A stretch of 51,555 bases of DNA, counting the filler, from Diploschistes diacapsis (taxonomy: Eukaryota), in the NCBI GenBank assembly GCA_023645945.1. It is 3 parts of 3 records of this genome, joined end to end, with 100 filler letters (N's around TTAATTAATTAA, not from the genome) between each part and the next. Parts side by side here need not be neighbours in the genome. Positions count along the whole stretch, not along the records: positions 1 to 17,131 come from JALAIB010000467.1; 2 more parts are not named here. One strand, given 5' to 3'. Below, one piece after another: positions 1 through 12,589 of the stretch (positions within the stretch are counted from its first letter, which is position 1; every line of letters begins with the position of its first letter). The notes beneath the pieces were generated by a model. It was not told where the DNA came from and made no database searches. It saw nothing but the letters and a program-made list of their open reading frames with translations. The position numbers and the translations under genes were made by a program.

Positions 1-342
1 GGGGAGAGGGGAGGATGTCGCTGTTTCGTGATGTAGGGGGGTGATGCCGGCGGGGTCGTTGTTGAGACGATAGCAGCGCACGGTTCTTACTCCTTCGTAA
101 CTGCTCGGGGCCGAGTGCCTCCGTAGGAGCTGCTGGTATTGAGGAGGATCGCTGTAGCAAGGATCGGAAAATATCTCAGGAACATCTCTTTCGCTGTCTG
201 TCTGTCCGTCTATCTGTCGTAGATGGTTAGATGTTGCTCCCAGGCGTGTTAGGCAAAACCACTTCTCGCGGCACACTACTATGTCACCCCCTTTGCAGAA
301 GAATATCGCTTCTACTGAAGCCATATGTAAGTGGGGGCTCAT
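1..342 (-). CDS. Possible hypothetical protein, runs off the left edge
   Basis: Stop-free minus-strand frame from ATG at 342 (or 324) to position 1 (MSPHLHMASVEAIFFCK...SDPPQYQQLLRRHSAPSSYEGVRTVRCYRLNND...). A CTAAC..CAG acceptor ending at 214 could alternatively make 213-1 an internal exon. No recognisable homology. Confidence 0.2.
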   Translation of the reverse strand, partial: MSPHLHMASVEAIFFCKGGDIVVCREKWFCLTRLGATSNHLRQIDGQTDSERDVPEIFSDPCYSDPPQYQQLLRRHSAPSSYEGVRTVRCYRLNNDPAGITPLHHETATSSPLP

Positions 343-946
343 TCCCCCAAGAGGAGGGGAATAAGCCCCTCCTACCCCTCCACAACCCGGCACTCCTCGC
401 TAAGGATCCTTGTATGCGTTTTACTAGCTTCACAGCTTTCAAAGTGTTTTTATCCACTTCACCTGGTGGTGTGCTTGCCTCATCTTCTATGAGAAAGTTT
501 CAAATTTGCATCAATCAGGAGATCACGTGCCTGATCCTCGTGGCGAGCACGATGTTTTCTTTCGGATTTCTGGGGGATCTTGTAGAAGAGTGTGGCAACT
601 TTTTGCCGGCCTTGGTGTTAATCATCAAGGGTGCTTCTCATGATCATGTATGCATATCAACCGTGGGTGCTGAAGCCGAACGGGAGGAGGCGGAAAGCAG
701 TGGGAGGAGGAGGGTGCCTGACATTGTTCTATCGTGGATCCTTCTGTGTTTTCCGAAAGGGGAAGTAACGCTGAAACACGGGAGCCTTGCTTTGAAAACT
801 TGCAGAAACTTGGATCCTCCCAGCCACCATTAGAAAGGGAGCGATGCGTTGCCTTACAGGAACAAGAACCGAATGATCTAGTTTCTATTGTGGTCTATCT
901 CTATTTACTTCACAGTAAAGGCTAAGATAATAGCCGCTCGCGAGGA

Positions 947-2101
947 TCATAGAATTGTACCGAAACTACAATCATTAGCAAAAACTCATGGAAACCGAGA
1001 GAAACATCTACAACTTACCCGAAGGTGGTTTTCAAGCTTCTGACATAGTACTCTCCCCATTTGTCCTTCGTATTGTCTTCCTCCCCCACAGGCACCCTGT
1101 CCCAGTCTGCTCGCATATTCGTGACACCATTGCTATCGTCCTGGTCGAAGTTCAATGTAAGAGTACTGTAATGACCTTGTGGCCAAAGGGATAGTCGCCA
1201 CTTCTGCACTATCTGTGTAGGCTGTTTCAAGGACACATATTCCCCAGTGACACCACCTCCAAACAGAGCAAACTTTCCTCCCTCTTTTGGCCCCTCGAAA
1301 ACAGTTGGCGGAGAGCGAGTGAACGCAGCCAATCGTCCGGGATCCGTGAAGGTGACGAAGAGCTCTTCTGCTGAGGTTCGAAACTCGGCGGTGGAGCTTA
1401 CAGGCACAGTGTTAATACGCGGGCCGTTTGATGAGGCTGAAGTTACTGCAGGCCCTGGCTTTGCTAGAGACTGCGCAGCAGAGGAAGAAGTTGTCTTTGT
1501 AACTGGGCGAGTGTAACCAGTTGGTGGACCCTGACCTGGGGCGTGTTGTATGGCTTTGCCATGCTCACTTATCAGAGCAGGTCCCAGCGTGTGCAAAGCC
1601 TCCCGTAGCTGGGGAAGGATATCGGAGCGCACAAGGTCCTTGACCGGCTCCTTCGTGGCGGACGGTCCGTGAAGATCTATCTCAAACTACGAGTCTTGTT
1701 AGTCTCAATGGCATGCGCGTTGAGAAGGAATGTACGGAACGTACAACGTACTCGTCTTCTTCGGTGTCGTGGGCCACTTCTGGGATTGTAATTGTGCCGG
1801 TCACGCTTTCATCTTCCTTGCTCGAGCCTCAACGAATTATTAGTGTCGTGCCATAACAGCTGAGAAAATCCTATTCACCCTCAAACTCTAACTGTACCTT
1901 GACATCGAACAAGGTTATGACTTTTCCCTTCCTCTGGCTCACGTCCACATCCCCATCCATGCTAGAGACATTCATGATCCTTGCAGAATTATCACCCTTC
2001 TTTGCCTCGATCTGCGTAAGATTGCTCTGCAGGTACTCGCGAGCCCATTCTGAGACATCCTTGTTCACCCAATGCCAGTTGTTTGGATTGTGAAGCACCA
2101 T
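947..2101 (-). CDS. AHA1: Hsp90 ATPase activator Aha1 (4 exons)
   Basis: Starts MVLHNPNNWHWVNKD (NxNNWHW motif), contains DVSQRKGKVITLFD and IPEVAHDTEEDEY, C-terminal AHSA1 domain (FALFGGGVTGEY..IVQKWR), ends SLKTTFG|FGTIL*. Canonical introns at about 1878-1828, 1746-1687 and 1018-966. Confidence 0.96.
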
Positions 2102-2460
2102 GGTGGGGTAGAGAATAGGATCGTAGCAATCGGACGCCTGTGCATGGAATGTGGTCAGCAAAAAAAAGGACCAAAGCGAGATATGTATGTTGTAAGGGCC
2201 CCGTAATCAGAAGCCTGGAAGCGAACTCCCACAGTGCTAATCCGCATCGAAAGAGTACAAGTCTTCTCAGACGGGTGCCAGCAATAATGTTCATCACAGT
2301 TATATTTGAGCCCAAGGAAAATCTAAAGGGTACTCACACTAGACTTGTGGATGGGGACAGTAGGAAAGCTTGGACAAGTTTGATCAAACGGTCTTTGCTC
2401 TGAAGGCTATCAACTGCAAAGCACACACGACTAAAGAAGGTATGAAGTGAAGTGGCTCTT

Positions 2461-2480
2461 GGAAGGCTCTAGAAATTTGA
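2461..2480. promoter_or_regulatory. Degenerate heat-shock element upstream of AHA1
   Basis: gGAAggCTCtaGAAatTTGa: four correctly phased alternating nGAAn/nTTCn units, two with one mismatch, ~360 bp upstream of an Hsp90 co-chaperone start codon. Confidence 0.3.
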
Positions 2481-3177
2481 ACGCAACAGCCCGGTACAAG
2501 TGTCTAGCGTAGTCCAATCGCTAGCTTGTTCTTTGTATCCAGCAGCTTTTTGGCTGACAGTACAGGAAGACACTAGCGCTCTTACCTTACCCCACCAGAT
2601 GCTAGAAGTCAGAAAGTGCTGGGACTGAAATCTTCTCAATTCCTCATAACACTTTATTGAATTCCCAGAGAAAGTTGAATCCTGTCTAGTCTTCAACTTC
2701 ACACCTTTTGCTCCAATCATGGAAGTCAGGTTCAAACATGACCGTATAGGTGCATATTCAGAGCTTAGAGCGGTGAAGATGAGCAATATATATGCAGTCA
2801 AAGCACAATGTGACTTCGCAATGAAACTTGAGCGAGCTCATAGGTTCCCTACATAAGGTATGGCACAAGAAAATATGGCTCTCACAGTAACAAATGCACG
2901 TACCCAGGAACAGGTCATCAGAGACGATTAATGTTGCTTGTTATGATTCTTGCTACGGTAAGTCAAGCGTGTTTTTATTTCTTGCTGGGCTATCTCAGAG
3001 CTTGAAGCTCTTTTGCTGGATACCAAGGCTCATTCTCGTCCTATCTGGCGTATCTCCTTTCTTAAACAGTATCGAGTTCTACTGCAAGTTCTTTGTAGAT
3101 CTTCCCAACCTCGGAGTTCTTTCATATTTTCTCGAGTGCTCCAGTACCTCTGCTTCTCTCTAGTACGTCCAATCAAT

Positions 3178-6100
3178 ATGGCAGCAAAGCTACCGCAGAA
3201 TGCGCTGCTTTACCTTGCACATCATATCTTCCTCCCTCCCCTACTTCCTCAAAAAGATGACTACAAGGACGAATGCGAGAGCGCACTTCTACTCGCTGTT
3301 GAAAATTCCGCTGAGAAGTTCCGGTCCTACGCGGGTGAAGATACAGACCGCTTCGTTAAGCGGGTCGAGATGATAGTCAACAACTTTAGAACCCTTCAAG
3401 ATGGTACGGGAGGCATCAGCGAGAATAGACTTAGGAAAGCTTTTGAGACCGTGATGAGCCATGGTCTGTATTTTCATGCGGTCCGTATGTTCGAATTGCT
3501 AAATGGTCCATCAGATACATTTCTGACATTGTACCTCCGGGCTCAAAATGCTGGAATCCTTGTCAGCAAGTCACAGGACGCCATGTTGTTTCAGGCCTTC
3601 GAACTCTCCCCGAACAATGCATCGGCAATGTGCACCAAGGGACGCCTTCTGCGAATGTTTCCAGCCTCAGCAATTGCTGTGGACTCAGATAGTTGCCGTG
3701 AAGACGGCTTTTTCTCAGCATTGTCGCTGGCTATCGCCAAGCTTAGCAACCGAGCCGCTCCTGGCATGCAGCCAGTGGTCCACAAAGCTGGCCAAATGCA
3801 TCAGGAAATTCGAGACACCAGCAGTCCAGCAATGGTGACCGAATATCTTATGAGTTTCTTGAGAGCTGCTGGAAAGCCAAAGGAGGTTCCTGTGATATGG
3901 AAACATACCCGCGAAGAGGTCTTGTGGTTAGATTGCCTAAAGCCCTGGCACAGGTCACCCATGTGGCTTCTGGTTCGAGTATCCTTGCAGCTTCAATGTT
4001 CTGGTTTAGTATCACCGACGGAACACGACCATCGATTGTACAAAATATTCATGATATTCCTCATGGCCAATATCTTACAATTATGCCAAAAATCCGCATT
4101 TCCGTGTGATCTTCTTCACGCAATGTCTGCCAAAATTTTGCGACGTTTAGCCAAACTTGATCCTGATTTGAGAAAGGCCTGGGCTCCATTCGTTAAGAAT
4201 GTGGTCACAGATACGCATTCCACGATCAGCAAGCAGTGGCAGCAGATAGTTGAGATGGATGCTGCACGGTTAGATTTCTCCAGTTTACGGTTACTCAAGA
4301 TACATGAGGACCTCGGCCACAATCTTACAGAGCTTGACCGCTATATTTCGGGCATCTCTGAACGGCATAAATCTTCGGCATCTAAGATCTTCGAGCCGAA
4401 GACTCCGTTACCGAGGCACTCATCGAAAGACTTACCAGAGTTTTCCGGCAACTGCTCGGAAGACTATCTCGTCTATGAGCTGGCTGCCTTCGAGAATTGG
4501 GTTGAATTGAACCTTAACATTTGGGTTGAACGTCACATCGATGACCCTAGAACCTCAGGCTTATTGAAGCGAGCCATGCAAAGCTACTACAACTGCGCAG
4601 TCCAGTGCTACGCCGGCCTTCCTGAGGCATACTCTATTATGATCCTAACTCTCATGGAGCTCTGGGTTGCCTGTGACAGATCAGCTTGCAGCATACACCA
4701 ATTGCTCCTTGCGTATAGTCCAGAGATTTCTGTCCCACTCCTTCAATCACTGCTGCTACCAATGTGGAATCAGATGCAGAGGCTCGCCACCATCGAAAGG
4801 TATATTGGCAAGCGCCAGCGCAGAGCAGCCGATGACTCTGTCTTCCGCAGTATCAAAAGTCAGAACGCATTTCCCGTGAAATACTTTGACCAATCGCCTG
4901 TCCATCAGACTTTATTTTCCAATATTCAGCAACTGGCGCGCTCGAAGAGAGATGCGAAATGTCGAGAGCTGGCATCCAAAAAGGAGCAACACTCAAACCT
5001 CGTTCGGCGTCACGATCGCATGGCTTGTGAGTAAGAGCAATTCTGGCAAAATGGAATCTACCGGACCCGTCACAGCGTTAGCTGTGAGAAGTGTTCCTTG
5101 GAAAGTCAAGCCAAATCCATGTCCATTGAGATTTTCGAAGAGCCACTCTCCAACCACCCATTGGTGGCCAAGACTACTGTGTTCGAGCTTATGTTGCCAG
5201 CAGCTTTCAGCTCCTGGCGGGATGCTACTGTCTTCCTCCTACTCACTGTCTTTCAAAGCCAGTACACTTCTCAAGAGACACCGAAAAACGGGTACGTTCT
5301 TCAGGAATATGAAGGACTTTCGGAGTTTTTCGTCACAGCTACCGGGGACACGCAGCGTGTCGTTCTTCTTTCAGACGTCAAGCCTCATGTGCATACGCAT
5401 CGCAGACGGAAGTTGGTGGCCACAGCGACCGAGGATGAGGTTTGCCTAAATAATGGCCTACATCTACAGTACTATGACGATGCAAAAGCCGCCTTCATAA
5501 CCACATTTGAAAACACAGACGAGATACTGAATCTCTGTACATACAAAGTATCCGAATGCTCTTCAATCCAGCAATTTATGGCTAGACCACACTACATGCC
5601 AAATGGATTGCCACCCAATCAAGTCATGGCAAGTCAATGGGACTGCCCGCTTGACGTTTCCCTGGATGAGTTCAGAGCATTCTGTGCTCTTACTTTAGGA
5701 TGCAGAATTCAGTGGTTAAATTTGCTAAGGCAGCTGGCAATGCCTTCAATAGACCTCACGAAGCCCAGAACCCATATGCTGATCAATCAAGTCATGCACC
5801 AGGCTGGGCCACCTCATGAGCTGAGTGCCAGGCGAGCGGGACACGACCTATTGAGCAGCGACGAATTCGTTTTCATCTTTCTTGCTCATCTTCGAACTGC
5901 TCTTCACAGAGTGGGCGAGAATTGGGATACTGTCCTGACATTAGCTTCCTTGATACGTATGGCAACAAGAATACTTTCTTTAAACCAAACGCCTAGCGTG
6001 CAGGAGGAATGTGTGGCTTATCTTGCACAGGTTCGAGTGGTTGCCTTCAGCTTTGTCCAAGTCCTAGCCGACAAGGCAAACCATAGTGTGGACAACATCC

Positions 6101-9100
6101 GTAAACATGGAATCAGTTCAAAGCTGGTTGATGCCGCACTCGTGTGCGTGAGCACTTTCGATGTGGAAGAGAACACGCTAGGTGACATCCTTGCTTCCCC
6201 GGACCAAGCGACTATTCTCATCCAAACCTCCATTACCATACAAGAGTTCTTGCGCTCAATCTCGGGCAAACGTGAAAAGCTTCAGGAGGTAATGTTAGAG
6301 AAGTGGAAGAAAGTATCGTACCGCGCCCTACCTCTCCTCACTAGGGAAATAGTTTGGAGAAATAACATTTGTCTCGATGTAGCCGTTCGAGCTACTTGGT
6401 CCGCCTACGAAGCTGGAGTCGAATGGCAGGCTATGGCAAGCCCATACGAACAGTGGCTATGGAGTGAAACGGTACCGAGCAATAACACCAATCAGATGAT
6501 CATACATTTCAATCTGTTGACTGCCGAGCTTCTTGTGGATGGCGTTCCTTTAGCGCGATTACCGCAAGAATATGAGGCTCACCCCCGATATCAGACACTT
6601 TTCGGTCGTTCCATATTGGAGACTATGCCTTCTAGACTACCGGGAATGCGCTTCTCCGCCAAAAGAAAGTATGCCGGTTACACAGTCCACTTTGGTGCTG
6701 AAACGCTTTCAGATTCAAACACTCTACAACGCGTCAATCTGCTGGTTCAGTCGTATAAAAACGGTATCAAATATGATCTTCTCCCGTTGGACCTTTTCCA
6801 GGATACGGTTCCAATGGCGTTTATCAAGGACTTTGTGCACTGGTACAATCACACTGATGACACTGTCGAATTTCGGCCAATCTCGGATCCCTGGTCGTCT
6901 TCCTCCTCGAACTGGCATTTCAAAAGAGCTGGATCTTCGTGGCTTCTCAAAAAGGGAAGCACATCGCTGTTCAGCTTCCCAGGTGAGAGTGCTAAGATGT
7001 TCTCCAAATACGTCTCTGCCCTCGAAGATCGCTCATACGTCCACGTGTCTCTACGAAGCGAACATAACCTTGTAGAAATCGAATTACCTCGCTTGAACCT
7101 GGCGTTCGAGTACAGACCGGGCACGTCTGCGATTATATCGAGGCAGTATCGCGACATGTCAATTGACGCTTCTCAAAATGCAGGCACATTGGTCGGATTG
7201 GAAACCAAACTCCTCTTGACATCCGTCAACAGCGGTAATACAAGGCGGCGTGTGCTCATACCCGAGGGAGAAGTTGAGTATCAGAAGAGTTCCGGACATG
7301 TGACAGCAAGGATTGTGAAAAGCCCAACAACCCGTGTCCACGCGTATACTGTAGATGTCATGCTTGGCCAGCTAAGAGATAATGGGAGTCTACGAAGCAA
7401 ACTGCTCCTGTGCTATCTGCACGGCCTTTCGGCTTTTTTGTTTGCCAGATCCTCTTACTCGACGCACAGGCACTGAGCAAGCGCTGACCATCCTAGATTC
7501 TGCGTCAGTAAAGTCTTTCAAAGTCTTGACAAAAGGTGATCTTGCGATACTGGAACTGATCGCAAAATTAACCCCTAGAAGGATGTACTACCCACAAAAC
7601 GAACGTGAGATGCAGACCATTCTCTGGGATACAAAGCTGAGCTTTTTGAGCCAACACAGCAGCTTCCATAAGCTGGTTCAAGGTATCTTTGAACAGGCCC
7701 GTGATAAAAAGATATTCTATCCTAGCGAATTCGTGGAGCCACCGTTTCTTATGGACGTTGATCCTGATCTGCTAGAACGTGAAGCGATTCGGTCAGCCGC
7801 ATTCCGCGTTTGTGGCTTCGGCGCCGCACAATTCCTTCGAAAATGTGATACGATGTATTCTGCTCGTGACCGCGGTCAGAAGAGTGAAAGGGCTGTTCGT
7901 GCCTTGAATGCCGCAACAACTATCTTGGAAAGAAAGCCAATGTTACGTTGGAAGCCAGAAGCAGGACTTGAAGCCACCATCTGGAGCTTCTTCGTAGAAT
8001 GCAATGTCATCCAAGGAAGAGACGAGCCCTTTACAGAAATGAATCCACAGTTCGATTTCGTCTGGCTTGATGAGCTATCCAGTAATATTCGTCTTTCCTG
8101 GTGTCAACTGCATTCCCATTTCATCAACGCAACAAGGTTCAACAGATTTCAGATTGCAGCTTGGCTATCTACCATGGCCTTTGCAACCTCTGCAAGAATG
8201 GATATAATTCAGATTTTGGCCTCCTTCTATAATACAAGTGAGATTCGTCATGTGGACATCCCATCATATCAATCTTTCATACTAGCGGAGGGGATCCGGC
8301 CTGTCCATGCGGAACTGACCGAGATTGTCGAATCTAACCGGAGACCTTTCATGGACTGTCCTGAATCAAGGCTCCCACAGCATGCCGGTGAAAGTCAGTG
8401 GACTGCTTCGAACCGAAGACGCACCTGTTTGAAGCTAATCAGAACGGCGCAGTGAAAGACTTTGTTGCTAAACTCAATTCCAGCTGGCTTTGTAGGGTAC
8501 CAGAAAAACCTCAAGGGCGTGACTTCGTCACATATCTCGAGGTAGATGCGGCTATGGTAGAGGCTAGATCTAAATTTGAGATGTGGTTCAGAAACAGTCG
8601 TTTCAAAATCTACATTGATCGGATAGCCAAGGCCTTGATGGGACAGGGGGTAGAACCTCTCCAAAGCTCTCCAAATGTTCTTGCTCTATCAGTATACGTC
8701 GAGCAGGTGCGCAAACCGTTCGTTAGTATTGACGATATTTTCACAGGTCCTGCTCCTACGATTCAGTTCAGTGCACCTGCCACTCTCAAATCTCCCGTGC
8801 AGACTGGGAACCCAGACGCTGCTGTTGGTGTCCGACTTGGAGGACTGCTTTCTGAATTGGAAGTCCATGCTGCTTCAACGTACGAAAAGCGTTACGCAAA
8901 AGATTTGAGGGAGAGTCTGGCAGCCCTTCAGAGTACCTCGATTGGATATCCTCCTCAAACCGAAATTAAGGGAACTGAGAGAACCCTAGCCGACTACGTG
9001 TATGATTGGTGCAATTACGTCGAACGACTGTATGATACCATGCGCAATTCCGTCAAGGGGGACGCTCAGTCCCTTCGTGCATTGAGTTTCGCCACTTGTC

Positions 9101-12100
9101 ATGCTCCTAGAGTCTCCCCCATACTCTTCCTCCAGCAGTTGACTCGCAAACGCTGGCAGGCGCTTGCACTTGCTTGGAGAGAAAGTATAATAAGCTATGG
9201 CGTTGCAATTACTGAGCTACAGCGAGCACAACGACTAGTCGCTCACGCTAATAATTTCATTGATTTGGCCTTGGAATTGGCCAATCCAGGACATCAGAAT
9301 TGGCGCCCATATGAATTCCCTGAATCCCTTCTCTTTGAGATCGAGAGCGGAGTTATGATACGGTCAGGACAGGAGGAGATTGCCGGCCAGATGAGAAATC
9401 CCACCACGAATGCCAATGCCGTAATGCAGCTGAACATGGGCGAAGGCAAATCCACTGTTATCGTACCGATAGTGGCGATCGCGCTGGCCAACAACTCCCA
9501 GTTGGTACGTGTCATTGTTGCGAAACCGCAATCGAAGCAGATGTTTCAAATTCTAGCTTCTAAACTAGGAGGTCTAGTAGATCGGCAAATCTATCATTTG
9601 CCTTTCTCGCGTTCCATCAAAATGGATGAAAGCAAGATCAATGCGATCCACAAACTCTGCAATGAATGTATGACGAGCGGAGGTATTCTACTCATCCAAC
9701 CGGAGCATATTCTGTCTTTCAAGTTAATGACCCTTGATCGTCTTATGTCGGCCAATGCAGCAGTTGGAGCCTCGCTGCTCAGGACTCAACAATTCTTAGA
9801 TAATCGCTCCCGAGATGTCATTGACGAAAGTGACGAGAACTTTGCTGTCAGATTTGAACTTGTCTATACCATGGGTGAGCAGACCCATTTGCAGTTCAGT
9901 CCAGAACGGTGGATCATCGCACAGAAAGTTCTTCAACTTTTTCGTGATATCGCAATTGATCTGGCGCGTTGTTCTAATGATCTTGTAGAGCTTAGTAGTT
10001 GCAAGGAGGGCGAGTTCCCAAGAATTAGAATCCTTCGCTCAGATGCCTATAATGATATTATTAAACGACTAGCGAAACAAGTTTGCGGAATGACATTCCC
10101 TGGCTGTCCGATTGCTTATCAACCAGAGGGAGTCAGAGGCGCCATCTTCACATATCTTACCGAAGCCAACCTTGATAACTCCCAGATCACTCAGGTAGAA
10201 GGTGCTAACTTTTGGACCGACGTGACCAAGGGTCCACTGTTGCTGCTACGTGGTCTCCTCGCCGGCGGGATTTTGACCTTCGCTTTTGGGTCGAAGAGGT
10301 GGAGGGTCAACTATGGCCTGGATCCATCTAGGCTTCCAGCGACAAAACTTGCGGTGCCGTTCCGAGCAAAAGACAATCCTACGCAGCGTTCAGAGTTCAG
10401 CCATCCGGACGTCTCGATCGTACTCACCTTGATGAGCTATTACTACGGTGGACTTGAAGACGAAGAGCTGTTTACAGCTTTCAATCACCTTCTGAAGTCT
10501 GACCAGGCTCAGGTAGAGTACGATGAATGGACCCGCAGGGCTGGAGACATGCCTGAATCGTTCCACCAGCTAGTCGGTGTCAATATCGAGGATCATGCGC
10601 AATGCATTGAACAGGTATTCCCTCACCTTCGGTACTCACAGGGAGCAATCAACTATTTCCTCTCCCACATTGTTCTCCCCAAGGAGATGAAAGAATTCCC
10701 GTATAAGATATCTGCCTCAGGCTGGGACATAGGTCAGAGTAAGACCAATGTCACTACTGGTTTCAGCGGTACCAACGATTCTCGCTATGTTCTTCCGCTA
10801 AGTATCAATCATCTCGATTTGCCAGCTCAGAAGCACACCAATGCATTGGTATTGGATTATCTTCTCCAGCCGAATAATGCGGTAAAGATCGTACCGCCAC
10901 GTCGTCGCCCTACAGACACAGATGTAGACATTATTCTAGCCACCGTCGACACAATAGATCCACCGCCCCGAGTGCTTCTAGACGTAGGCGCCCAGATCCT
11001 CGAGTTGGGCAATCATGCTTTTGCGGAAAAGTGGCTCAAGTCCAAGACTAACGAGGAGGAGATCAGGGCCGCAGTCTTCTTTGATGACAAGGATGAACTT
11101 TCTGTCTTGGACCGGGCTGGCTACATCGAACCTTTGCAGACGTCACCATTTGCCATACAGCTTGACGTTTGCCTTGTGTTTCTCGATGAAGCGCATACTC
11201 GAGGAACCGACTTGAAGCTGCCTCAAGATTATCGCGCGGCTGTAACCTTAGGGTCAAACTTAACCAAAGATAAACTGGTTCAAGGTAGGTGAAGACAAGA
11301 ACTTAGATTACTATTAAGCTAACAAGCCCTCAGCTTGCATGAGAATGCGAAGACTTGGAAAGGGTCAGTCTGTAATCTTCTGTGTCCCAGAAGAAATTAG
11401 GATGAAGATCCTTCGGTGCAGGGGGCAGAACGACGATTCGCCTATAGAGTTGGTAGACGTGCTAAGATGGACTATTTCTGAAACATGCAATGATTTGCGA
11501 CGGAGCATGCCTCTCTGGGCAACTCAAGGACAGCGCTTTGAGAAACAGCGGCTTTTATGGAGCTCGTCTGAAACGGGGATGTCAAGAGAGCACGCAGAAA
11601 GGTTCCTTGAAGAAGAAGCGCGGACCTTGGAGCGTCGGTATTCACCCCATCTCGCAAACCCAGTGCACCAAGCTTCTAGCCAGGTCGCTCAAACCGAGAA
11701 TATTAGTCGAATCAAGGAACGCTGCGCAGAGTTTGGAAGTCTCGACCTGAATGCGGCCACGCTGCAGGAGGAACAAGAGCGAGAGTTGTCTCCGGAGATG
11801 GAACAAGAACGTCAGCTGGAGAGACCACCTCCCGCAGATGCCGAACCACACCGTGTGCACCCTCATGTGATGAGTTTGGCTTCGAGGGGCGTGCTTGTCG
11901 AGCGCTCACCGGCCTTCATACCTGCTTTTCAAGCACTTAGATCTACCAGTGCGGCATCACACCTTGATGTCTCTCAGTTTCCGACAGATGTCCTTGTCAC
12001 CCTAGACTTTACGAAAACCGTCAAGGCTTCGGGCAGAGACTACGTTTCTGACAGCTATGAACAGCCTGTGCAATGGGTGATGACGATGGCGGACCAGACG

Positions 12101-12589
12101 TCCTCCACCATAGAAAGACTGTTTATCATCAGTCCGTTCGAGGCGGAAGAACTCTTGCCGACGATACAGAGCCACAAAAAAGTCACGCTACACATTTATT
12201 CACCAGGTATCAATTCAAGGTTTCGCTCCCTGAGCGCGTTGGATCTGTTTACCATCGGCAAGCCCTTCGACCCGTCCAGCGTTCCAAAACGCCTGACCTT
12301 GCAACTAGACCTGTTCGCGGGCCAACTGTACCTGGATTCATATGATAATTATAAGGAGCTATGCAGCCTTCTAAATTTAGCCTGGGCTCCTAGCAAGGGC
12401 AACATGAAGATATCCGCAGATGGCTTTATCACCCCAGGGCCTGGAGAAAGAGGATTCAGAAATAGTCCGGTCAAGTTTCTGAGGACGCTGGTGACGAAGA
12501 TTCGGCGGAACTGTCAGAGCATCGAGAAGACGCACATGGGCAGGATCTTGGATGGGGGTATGCTGGGAGAAGAGGATTTCGGTCGTTGA
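3178..12589 (+). pseudogene. Giant fungal DUF6606/DUF3638/DUF3645 protein (often auto-annotated 'ubiquitinyl hydrolase 1'), SF2/SecA-like P-loop ATPase, ~3,100 codons, disrupted in this assembly
   Basis: N-terminal YLAHHIFLPPLLPQKDD, RAQNAG, PWHRSPMWL; LPDPLTRRTGTEQAL; QLNMGEGKS Walker A (9427-9453); DVIDESD Walker B (~9814-9834); LAVPFRAKDNPTQRSEFSHPDV; LDEAHTRGTDLKLP; KLVQ|ACMRMRRLG. Introns 3464-3514 and 11285-11333. Lesions: in-frame TAA 5032-5034, +1 T in T6 run 7434-7439, -1 nt at ~8421. Family call is confident; pseudogene versus sequencing error is not settled. Confidence 0.8.

Noticed and set aside
231..833. 200-aa + strand ORF
   Set aside because: No motif or codon bias and atypical composition; likely spurious.
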